64,000 bases of DNA, taken from contig NC_047022.1 in assembly GCF_902652985.1 (NCBI RefSeq), positions 37,138,001 to 37,202,000 of the forward strand. Reading direction: 5' to 3'. Source of the DNA: Pecten maximus. Its lineage: Eukaryota. The notes below the pieces were generated by a model. The model was given only the letters and a program-made list of their open reading frames with translations. It ran no database searches and was not told where the DNA came from. Positions within the stretch are counted from its first letter, which is position 1, and each line of letters starts with the position of its first letter. Positions 27,001 to 35,510 of this stretch are shown one piece after another. Position numbers and translations under genes: made by a program.

Positions 27001-28576
27001 ACAGAGGATGTGGGGCTAGGTAAGTCAGGAGAACCCCTATACAGACAGAGGATGTGGGGCTAGGTAAGTCAGGAGAACCCCTATACAGACAGAGGATGTG
27101 GGGCTAGGTAAGTCAGGGGAATTCCTATACAGACCGAGGATGCGAGGCTAGGTAAGTCAGGAGAATTCCTATACAGACCGAGGATGTGGGGCTAGGTAAG
27201 TCAGAAGAACCCCTATACAGACAGAGGATGTGGGGCTAGGTAAGTCAGGAGCATTCCTGTACAGACCGAGGATGTGGGGCTAGGTAAGTCAGGAGAACCC
27301 CTATACAGACAGAGGATGTGGGGCTAGGTAAGTCAGGAGAATTCCTATACAGACAGAGGATGTGGGGCTAGGTAAGTCAGGAGAACCCCTATACAGACAG
27401 AGGATGTGGGGCTAGGTAAGTCAGGAGAACCCCTATACAGACAGAGGATGTGGGGCTAGGTAAGTCAGGGGAATTCCTATACAGACCGAGGATGTGAGGC
27501 TAGGTAAGTCAGGAGAATTCCTATACAGACCGAGGATGTGGGGCTAGGTAAGTCAGGAGAACCCCTATACAGAGGATGTGGGGCTAGGTAAGTCAAGAGA
27601 ACCCCTATACAGACAGAGGATGTGGGGCTAGGTAAGTCAGGAGAATTCCTATACAGACCGAGGATGTGGGGCTAGGTAAGTCAGGGGAACCCCTATACAG
27701 ACAGAGGATGTGGGGCTAGGTAAGTCAGGAGCATTCCTGTACAGACCGAGGATGTGGGGCTAGGTAAGTCAGGAGAACCCCTATACAGACAGAGGATGTG
27801 GGGCTAGGTAAGTCAGGAGAATTCCTATACAGACAGAGGATGTGGGGCTAGGTAAGTCAGGGGAACCCCTATACAGACAGAGGATGTGGGGCTAGGTAAG
27901 TCAGGAGCATTCCTGTACAGACCGAGGATGTGGGGCTAGGTAAGTCAGGAGAACCCCTATACAGACAGAGGATGTGGGGCTAGGTAAGTCAGGAGAACCC
28001 CTATACAGACAGAGGATGTGGGGCTAGGTAAGTCAGGGGAACCCCTATACAGAGGATGTGGGGCTAGGTAAGTCAGGTGAACCCCTATACAGACAGAGGA
28101 TGTGGGGCTAGGTAAGTCAGGGGAACCCCTATACAGAGGATGTGGGGCTAGGTAAGTCAAGAGAACCCCTATACAGACAGAGGATGTGGGGCTAGGTAAG
28201 TCAGGGGAACCCCTATACAGACAGAGGATGTGGGGCTAGGTAAGTCAGGGGAACCCCTATACAGACAGAGGATGTGGGGCTAGGTAAGTCAGGAGAACCC
28301 CTATACAGACAGAGGATGTGGGGCTAGGTAAGTCAGGGGAACCCCTATACAGACAGAAGAGAGTCTAGGTAAGTCAAGAGAACCCTATATAGGCAGAGAG
28401 GTTAGGTAAGTCTCACTTTCATCCAAAGTTCTGCTTACCTTCTCGACTCATAATTATCAAAAACATTTAAGAATGATTTCCTTTATCTATAGTTGTGTTA
28501 TTTTTTGTTTTTCAGTCATCAGACTGGATGGACATCATTGATAGTGGAATTCTTCTATAAGATCCTGAATGAGTGA
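1..28576 (+). CDS. YMR196W-like glycoside hydrolase (GH63/MGH1-like, six-hairpin glycosidase), spliced gene, 5'-partial, 18 exons in window
   Basis: Exons 1-95, 906-1074, 1878-2052, 2781-2922, 4758-4849, 6311-6460, 6583-6791, 7722-7979, 8150-8266, 15594-15736, 17980-18100, 18651-18795, 19421-19614, 20397-20525, 21089-21212, 22828-22998, 23220-23316, 28516-28576 join with GT-AG introns and consistent phases. Family motifs: [144 protein letters not shown]. Confidence 0.92.
906..1074 (+). CDS. GH63-like exon 2
   Basis: [10 protein letters not shown]...WGEDG...[12 protein letters not shown]; AG/GT flanks. Confidence 0.9.
1878..2052 (+). CDS. GH63-like exon 3
   Basis: [23 protein letters not shown]...EIMDT. 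Confidence 0.9.
2781..2922 (+). CDS. GH63-like exon 4
   Basis: [17 protein letters not shown]...LHNRS...VIPQFWYR; donor AG|GTAAGC. Confidence 0.88.
2833..3790 (+). repeat. 96-bp tandem array (10 units) copying the exon 4 3' end plus donor
   Basis: Unit ends GTTCTGGTACAG|GTAAGYAC; period 96. Confidence 0.95.
4026..4694 (+). mobile_element. HINE/pearl-like non-autonomous Helentron element with about 3 degenerate internal repeats
   Basis: 5' TTAGCTCACCT, (CGTC)n-like tract, 3' AGGTGAGCGA plus AGGCCC..GGGCCT hairpin plus CTTGT. Confidence 0.75.
4758..4849 (+). CDS. GH63-like exon 5
   Basis: [32 protein letters not shown]; completes the family P.LW.RNTW motif. Confidence 0.85.
4816..6158 (+). 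repeat. 42-bp tandem array (about 32 units) copying the exon 5 3' end plus donor
   Basis: Unit TTCACCTTTTATATTGAAGTCTGTTTACACTCTAG|GTAGGTT. Confidence 0.95.
6311..6460 (+). CDS. GH63-like exon 6
   Basis: GSFVVRLG...VFTEND...[13 protein letters not shown]. Confidence 0.88.
6583..6791 (+). CDS. GH63-like exon 7
   Basis: [26 protein letters not shown]...ANTFYQS. Confidence 0.85.
7722..7979 (+). CDS. GH63-like exon 8
   Basis: [14 protein letters not shown]...RNNQWTH...[13 protein letters not shown]. Confidence 0.9.
8150..8266 (+). CDS. GH63-like exon 9
   Basis: [39 protein letters not shown]. Confidence 0.9.
8412..10226. repeat. 29-bp minisatellite (about 60 units)
   Basis: TGTGTCTGAGGTAGACTTGTACACAGTAT. 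Confidence 0.95.
10243..11373. repeat. 32-bp minisatellite (about 35 units); resumes at about 15517-15563 after an insertion
   Basis: TTATGTACAAGTTCTGTGTGATCAGTSTGKTA. Confidence 0.95.
11521..14800 (+). mobile_element. HINE/pearl-like element carrying about 19 copies of a 157-bp satellite
   Basis: TTAGCTCACCTG...(CGTC)n...array...CAGGTGAGCGATACAGGCCCCATGGGCCTCTTGT, inserted in a T run. Confidence 0.85.
14856..15218 (+). pseudogene. C-terminal fragment of a Crypton-type tyrosine recombinase
   Basis: (H)KNPQSLNNY box II-like motif followed by MS..LS and [12 protein letters not shown] tail typical of animal Crypton-like proteins. Confidence 0.55.
15594..15736 (+). CDS. GH63-like exon 10
   Basis: [18 protein letters not shown]...LRLNYHW; donor TG|GTATGT. 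Confidence 0.9.
15712..17925 (+). repeat. About 56-57-bp tandem array copying the exon 10 3' end plus donor, interrupted by a MITE
   Basis: ACAGGCTCAGTCTAAACTACCACTG|GTATATATATCAGGTACCCAAGGCCTTCT. Confidence 0.92.
16481..17646. mobile_element. Tc1/mariner (pogo/Tigger-type) non-autonomous element
   Basis: TIR CAGTAAAACTC...GAGTTTTACTG, TA target duplication, subterminal TTCGA repeats, no transposase ORF. Confidence 0.85.
17980..18100 (+). CDS. GH63-like exon 11 (GLDN motif, likely catalytic acid)
   Basis: [18 protein letters not shown]...EMEQ. Confidence 0.9.
18651..18795 (+). CDS. GH63-like exon 12
   Basis: [21 protein letters not shown]. Confidence 0.9.
19421..19614 (+). CDS. GH63-like exon 13
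   Basis: [14 protein letters not shown]...LRSLVGLVP. Confidence 0.88.
20397..20525 (+). CDS. GH63-like exon 14
   Basis: [26 protein letters not shown]. Confidence 0.9.
20552..21103 (+). repeat. 43-bp tandem array (13 units) copying the exon 15 acceptor
   Basis: GTAATTTGTATGTCACATTTTCAG|TATTACTGTGACAGACCTG. Confidence 0.95.
21089..21212 (+). CDS. GH63-like exon 15
   Basis: YYCDRPYEF...[24 protein letters not shown]. Confidence 0.9.
21245..22343. repeat. 38-bp minisatellite (about 29 units)
   Basis: AAACACTCGTACACCAAATATACCCACTGGAGTATCCT. Confidence 0.95.
22506..22876 (+). repeat. About 70-bp tandem array (5 units) copying the exon 16 acceptor and 5' end
   Basis: TGTGTGACCTTTAACCTTTACTTACAG|TGAACTATCTACTGG. 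Confidence 0.9.
22828..22998 (+). CDS. GH63-like exon 16
   Basis: [13 protein letters not shown]...[17 protein letters not shown]. Confidence 0.88.
23220..23316 (+). CDS. GH63-like exon 17 (FYEYF motif, likely catalytic base)
   Basis: [24 protein letters not shown]; donor AG|GTAAGT. Confidence 0.9.
23292..28411 (+). repeat. 44-bp tandem array (about 115 units) copying the exon 17 3' end plus consensus donor
   Basis: ATACAGACAGAGGATGTGGGGCTAG|GTAAGTCAGGAGAACCCCT. Confidence 0.97.
28516..28576 (+). CDS. GH63-like terminal exon 18
   Basis: [20 protein letters not shown]-stop; AATAAA near 28917. Confidence 0.9.
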
Positions 28577-29029
28577 AGAAGTGAAGTGTGTTCCAACAGC
28601 TACACAAGCCGTTGAAATCCTCATAACCTGTATGAATGTGATGAACAAAGATGGTTGGGCTTCTCGAGTGGACTTCGATAGTGTCATCACGCTGAAATGT
28701 CCTACCTTGATACAGTAAATCGTCCCAGTGGGCAGTGGACTGGGAATTACGTATTCGTGTCAAGTCCCTGTGTGTTGCGTGGTGGAAATAACACTCCATT
28801 TGAATCGATGTATACAAGGAAGTTCAATCGATCAAAAATTACTATCTGTAAACATTTGAGAAATGAATCTCCACCTTTTAATTAGCTGTAGAGCTTGTAT
28901 CAAGGTCGCAATCAACAATAAAGATGTCTGTTCAGTTCAACTTGAAGCGGGAGACAACTGGAAAACAGTCTAGTCATTTTTCTTCTGTGCAGCTGGCAGA
29001 GCGTTTTTATAATAATTTAAATTCAATGA

Positions 29030-29570
29030 CAAGACAAGGAGCCGCAAAATGTGGCATTATCCCCTGCGCCCAGCTGTTGGTATAAAAACCCAAATATGAT
29101 ACATATATACCTTATAGTAAGAGTTTATATGTTGATACAGATCTTATGTGTGTTTCACCTACAACTAGGGTACTAACCTAATATGTACAGAAAGTTTTGT
29201 AGAGTTGAGTGGAGCGGTTTTGTTTTAGTGTTTTTGATGACTTCCATGGTAGCAGAAAAAATATAGAAAATGTAATGTCAATTGGAAAATGCACTACTAC
29301 AGCACTAACCTAATACATACAGAAAGTTTTGTGGATTTGAGTGGAATGATTTTGAAGTTACAGCCCGGAAATGAAAGTAAACAGCAATGTTGTGTTTTTG
29401 ACTGTTTCCATGGTAACAGAAAAACATATAAAAACTGAAATGTCATCAATAGCAAAAGGCACAACTAAGGCACTAACCTAATATATACACAAAGTTTTGT
29501 GAAGTTGAGTTGAACGGTTTTGAAGTTACATCCCAGAAAATAAGCCCTCTAATGGACGGACGGAGCCCAA
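29030..29570 (-). mobile_element. Degenerate HINE-like element with 3 internal repeats
   Basis: ACAAG terminus, three copies of ACTAACCTAATA..AAAGTTTTGT..TTGAGT, (GGAC)n tract. Confidence 0.5.
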
Positions 29571-30721
29571 TTTAACATTTCAATTAAATCATTATATTTT
29601 CAAGTGTTTTATGCATATGGTAAAGTGTTGCATAACCATATTTTTGTCCTAGTAATACTATTTGGTCATCATCTAAAGACGGACTATTTCTTTTAACACA
29701 AACCATAAGTTCTGGCTCTTAACTACAGACTTGTACTTCAATTTATTAGGAAAAATTTGTGTCAACTGAAATATGGCCACATGAAATCAACCAAGGCAGC
29801 ATTCAATCCTTAGATAAATCAGAATTGTTGGTTTTCATTGTAATTTGGCTATTATCTCATCAGTCTTTAGGTCAATTTTACTCAAACTTGGTAAAGTTGT
29901 GTAACTTACATTGTATTAATATGTCTTTAATTTCAGGCATTACCTGTTTCCACATCCATTACTACGGAAACACCAAAATATTGTATAAAGCTGAAAATTG
30001 GTATAAAAGTGTTTTTAAGGGATCACAAATACAGTGGTGCTATTTTCCAGAACAATGTCATTTGGTTGTTGTGATTGCAAATAAGGGGTAGCGGGGTTGT
30101 TAGCTATTCGCTTACATTTCTAGTTTTTATCTACTTAATTCTGCAGCACTAAGTACACTCTTTGGTTTCAAGGTTTTATCTGTATCATTGACACACTAAC
30201 GTGTAGTGACAAACATTTTCTTCTGCGTCCCATCTCTGTAGAATTTACAGACATTCAAAAACTATCTGAACATTCAGGCATTTTGCTAGAAAATAGAAAC
30301 ATTGTAAAATGCGTCCTTATAATGTGTTTGTGAATATCTATATTTAACTAGAATATTGACAGGTCACCAACATCCCTGTCATGTGGCTTTATATCTCCCA
30401 TAATCATAAAGAAGTATACATGTACTATCATGCAACTCTCGTTTCCTTCCACCTCCAAATTTACTGGACTAATGGGAATGTAAATACCAATATACATGTT
30501 AAACATATTTGTTAGCTTTAATTCGTTTCATCATTGTCCGAGAACCAAATTTTCTTTGTAATGTCATAACAAAAAGTACATCAGTAAAAAGATAAAAAAT
30601 TTCACCTTGACAATAATGTTTACCTTGATTTTTAACTTCTGTATGTAATTTGTGAACTGAACATCTTTGCCAGATTTCATGTAAATTGGTCAATAAATGA
30701 ACATCTTTGCCAGATTTCATG

Positions 30722-33367
30722 TTTGGTTTGTTTTTGTTTAACGTCCTATTAACAGCCAGGGTCATTTAAGGACGTGCCAGGTTTTGGAGGTGGAGGAAAG
30801 CCGGAGTACCCGGAGAACAAGGTCCCAATGGGCCCAAATCGCTCACCTGCAATGCAGTGATCTTTTCATATATGGATCCTGCAGTTATTTGAAAGCATGC
30901 TACAGGACCAATATAATGTCTCTCTGCACTTTGGCTTTTCACTAAAAGTCATTTAAAGATTTAAGCATACTTGATCGACGTGACCTTGAATGAAGGTCAA
31001 GGTCATTCATTTGAATAAACTTGGTAGCCCTTCACCCCAGCATGCTACAGACCCAATATCAACTCCCTGGGACTCTTGGTTATTGAGAAGAAGTTGTTTA
31101 AAGATTATAGCCTTTTTAACCCCTGTGACCTTGAATGAAGGTCAAGGTCATTCATTTGAACAAACTTGGTAGCCCTTTACCCCAGCATGCTACAGACCCA
31201 ATATCAACTCTCTGGGACTCTTGGTTATTGAGTAGAAGTCGTTTAAAGATTTAAGCCTTTTTGACTCCTGTGACCTTGAATGAAAGTCAAGGTCATTCAT
31301 TTGAACAAACTTGGTAGCCCTTCACCCCAGCATGCTACAGGCCAAATATTAGGTCTCTGGGACTCTTGGTTATTGAGAAGAAGTCGTTTAAAGATTTTAG
31401 CCTTTTTGACTCCTGTGACCTTGAATGAAAGTCAAGGTCATTCATTTGAACAAACTTGGTAGCTCTTTACCCCAGCATGCTACAGGCCAAATATTAGGTC
31501 TCTGGGACTGTTGGTTATCGAGAAGAAGTCGTTTAAAGATTTTAGCCTTTTTGGCCCCTGTGACCTTGAATGAAGGTCAAGGCCATTCATTTGAACAAAC
31601 TAGGTAGCCCTTCATCCCAGCATGCTACAGACCCAATATCAACTCCCTGGGACTGTTGGTTATTGAGAAGAAGTCGTTTGAAGATTTTAGCCTTTTTGAC
31701 CCCTGTGACCTTGAATGAAGGTCAAGGTCATTCATTTGAACAAACTTGGTAGCCCTTCACCCCAGCATGCTACAGGCCAAATATTAGGTCTCTGGGACTC
31801 TTGGTTATTGAGAAGAAGTCGTTTAAAGATTTTAGCCTTTTTGACTCCTGTGACCTTGAATGAAAGTCAAGGTCATTCATTTGAACAAACTTGGTAGCCC
31901 TTCACCCCAGCATGCTACAGACCCAATATCAACTCCCTGGGACTCTTGGTTATTGAGAAGAAGTTGTTTAAAGATTTTAGCCTTTTTAACCCCTGTGACC
32001 TTGAATGAAGGTCAAGGTCATTCATTTGAACAAAATTGGTAGCCCTTTACCGCAGCATGCTACAGACCCAATATCAACTCCCTGAGACTCTTGGTTATTG
32101 AGAAGAAGTCGTTTGAAGATTTTAGCCTTTTTGACCCCTGTGACCTTGAATGAAGGTCAAGGTCATTCATTTGAACAAACTTGGTAGCCCTTCACCCGAG
32201 CATGCTACAGACCCAATATCAACTCCCTGGGACTCTTGGTTATTGAGAAGAAGTCGTTTAAAGATTTTAGCCTTTTTGACTCCTGTGACCTTGAATGAAA
32301 GTCAAGGTCATTCATTTGAACAAACTTGGGAGCCCTTCACCCCAGCATGCTACAGACCCAATATCAAGTCCTTGGGACTCTTGGTTATTGAGAAGAAGTC
32401 GTTTAAAGATTTTAGCCTTTTTGACTCCTGTGACCTTGAATGACGGTCAAGGTCATTCATTTGAACAAACTTGGTAGCCCTTCACCCGAGCATGCTACAG
32501 ACCCAATATCAACTCCCTGGGACTCTTGGTTATTGAGAAGAAGTCGTTTAAAGATTTTAGCCTTTTTGACTCCTGTGACCTTGAATGAAAGTCAAGGTCA
32601 TTCATTTGAACAAACTTGGGAGCCCTTCACCCCAGCATGCTACAGACCCAATATCAAGTCCTTGGGACTCTTGGTTATTGAGAAGAAGTCGTTTAAAGAT
32701 TTTAGCCTTTTTGACTCCTGTGACCTTGAATGAAGGTCAAGGTCATTCATTTGAACAAACTTGGTAGCCCTTCGCCCCAGCATGCTACAGACCCAATATC
32801 AAGTCCCTGGGTCTTTTGGCTATTTAGAAGAAGTCGTCTAATTTTTTTTTAGCCTTTTTGACTCCTGTGACCTTGAATGAAAGTCAAGGTCATTCATTTG
32901 AACAAACTTGGTAGCCCTTTACCCCAGCATGCTACAGACCCAATATCAACTCCCTGGGACTGTTGGTTGTTGAGAAGAAGTCGTTTGAAGATTTTAGCCT
33001 TTTTGACTCCTGTGACCTTGAATGAAGGTCAAGGTCATTCATTTGAACAAACTTGGTAGCCCTTCACCCCAGCATGCTACAGGCCCAATATTAGGTCTCT
33101 AGGCCTTTTGGTTATTGAGAAGAAGTTGCTTTAATGGAAAGTTGACGCCGGACGGACGGCCGGACGGCCGGACGGCCGGACGGACGACGGACGGACGACG
33201 GACGCCGCGCCACGGCATAAGCTCACTTGCCCTTCGGGCAGGTGAGCTAAAAACCACCGGCCTACGGTCAGTACCTGGCAACTGCCCCACGTAGGTTTCG
33301 AACTCGCAACCCAGTGGTGGAGGGCTAGTGTTAAAGTGTTGGGACACCTTAACCACTCGGCCACCGC
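30722..33367 (-). mobile_element. tRNA-derived V-domain SINE split in two (33367-33251 and 30816-30722) by a HINE insertion
   Basis: Minus strand: A box TGGCCGAGTGG, B box GTTCGAAAC, V core GGTTTTTCTCCGGGTACTCCGGCTTTCCTCC, (AAAC)n tail, TSD GATTTCATG at 30713 and 33368. Confidence 0.8.
30817..33250 (-). mobile_element. HINE/pearl-like element carrying about 15 copies of a 145-bp satellite
   Basis: Reverse strand TTAGCTCACCTG...(CGTC)n...array with TGACCTTGA..TCAAGGTCA palindrome...CAGGTGAGCGA, hairpin, CTTGT. Confidence 0.85.
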
Positions 33368-34447
33368 GATTTCATGTAAATTGGTCAATAAATACCAAAA
33401 ATTAAATTTGTGGACAGTGATTATGATAGGGCACTGGTGTAATTGGCCTTCTACATAAAATCTAACAACAGATTATACATCTACCTTTAACACTCTTTAC
33501 AAAACATTAATAGGACATACAACTGTTGTTTCAAGCCCGAAAGCTACATGTATGACGCACCACAAGGTAATTACGCTTTATAACTATATCATATAAATAT
33601 ATCATTGCTGAAGGGCAACATCCAAATTTGAACACACTTTCCATCAGATTCTGAAGTGGACTCGAAACATAAGTTTTCATATTAACATGTTTTTTTCTTG
33701 GCAGAACAGATGAAATATAACAACAAACGTATATATATTTCTGACTTTATTCAGTTTTTCCACAGTATCACCATGGAATGGAGGATAACTTAATATTGCA
33801 TTGGTGGCACAGAAGTGCCGTAATAAGAATAATAATAAAGAAATATTTCTTGGTTTAATAATAACGACTTATGTTGCTAACACACAGTAATACCATGTGC
33901 TGTAAAAATAACAACAAACTAACATAATGATACGTTCACACATACAATTATCAGATGTGTTATTATAGTCTGGGTCTTATAGATCAACCATTCCCACTCC
34001 ATTGTAACTTGTAAATTGTAAAATTAACAATGATTTCATTAAAAAGTGACTGTATTTACGAGATTGTCTTGAACCTTTAATCCAAGAGTGCTAGTGACAA
34101 TGATTTTCTCTGGTCCATTGAATGACGCTACAATTACCAGTGGTTTTGGTTGATCCAATCATGTTGTCTCTTAATAACAAACTTTCAACTCACTATGATT
34201 CCATATAACTACACATCAGAATTAATACAGTGAACATACTGGAGTTCATAAACAATATTTCCCGCTTGATTAATACAGTGAACACAATGTCCATACATGC
34301 TCTGTCAATTCACTGAACACAAGTAATGTTTTGCTCTCTTACATATTCTGGACTTTTACATACAGAAAACAACACGACACACATTCATGGTACACTGGAG
34401 GAGTGTATATTGTGTCAAGAGTAGATACATGAGTAGATACATATGTC

Positions 34448-34707
34448 AGGGGCAGATAACTGCTTTCTTGTGAATAAGGGGCAGATAACTGCATGTCTTG
34501 TGAATAAGGGGCAAATAAATGCATGACTTTAGATAAAGGGGTAGATAACTGCATGTCTTGTGAATAAGGGGCAGATAACTGCAGGTCTTGTGAATAAGGG
34601 GCAGATAACTACACGACTTGTGAATAAGGGGCAGATAATAGCAGGTCTGGTGAATAAGGGGCAGATAACTGCATGTCTTGTGAATAAGGGGCAGATAACT
34701 GAATGTC
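34448..34707. repeat. 30-bp minisatellite (about 9 units)
   Basis: TGTGAATAAGGGGCAGATAACTGCATGTCT. Confidence 0.9.
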
Positions 34708-34809
34708 TAACAAAGCAGAAAACTCATTCAGTGTGTCAACAACAGATTTTACAAAAGGCTGTGCAAGAGAATACAGAAAGTTGTTTGCTGCAACTTAATA
34801 TTGCACTTG

Positions 34810-35510
34810 GACCTGTACACACACCCCTCCCCTGTACTTTAGACCTGTGCACACACCCTTCCCCTCAGTGTCCTAGGCTCGGTTATAACCGGAACAAGGA
34901 CGTTAAGCCCCACAATCAATCAATCGACCCTTCCTCACGTCCCTCCTCTAACCTGTACACACACCCCTCCCCTGACCTGTACACACACACTTCCCCCGAC
35001 CTGTACACACACCCCTCCCCCGACCTGTACACACACCCCCCCCCCCCTCCCCCGACCTGTACACACCTCCCCTGACCTGTACACACACCCCTCCCCCGAC
35101 CTGTACACACACCCCTCCCCCGACCTGTACACACACCCCTCCCCCGACCTGTACACATCTCCCCTGACCTGTACACACACCCCTCCCCCGACCTGTACAC
35201 ACACCCCTCCCCCGACCTGTAAACATCTCCCCTCCCCCAACCTGTACACACACCCCTCCCCCGACCTGTACACATCTCCCCTCCCCCGACCTGTACACAC
35301 ACCCCTCCCCCGACCTGTACACACACCCCTCCCCCGACCTGTACACATCTCCCCTCCCCCGACCTGTACACACACCCCTCCCCCGACCTGTACACACACC
35401 CCTCCCCCGACCTGTACACACACCCCTCCCCTGACCTGTACACACACCCCTCCCCCGACCTGTACACATCTCCCCTGACCTGTACACACATGTACACCTC
35501 CCCTGTACCT
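34810..35510. repeat. C-rich 20-25-bp minisatellite
   Basis: GACCTGTACACACACCCCTCCCCC. Confidence 0.9.

Noticed and set aside
23292-28411. CRISPR-like appearance of regular short repeats (also other arrays)
   Set aside because: Head-to-tail units without unique spacers, no cas genes, eukaryotic intronic context.
30990-33059. Series of near-identical 60-aa ORFs
   Set aside because: One per 145-bp satellite monomer inside a HINE.
33290-33367. tRNA gene on the minus strand
   Set aside because: The A/B boxes belong to a SINE head followed by a V domain and tail; no complete cloverleaf evident.
34560-35497. Pro-rich and Gly/Arg/Cys-rich ORFs
   Set aside because: Low-complexity repeat translations; the same applies to ORFs at 40370-40984, 46442-47589 and 53609-53949.
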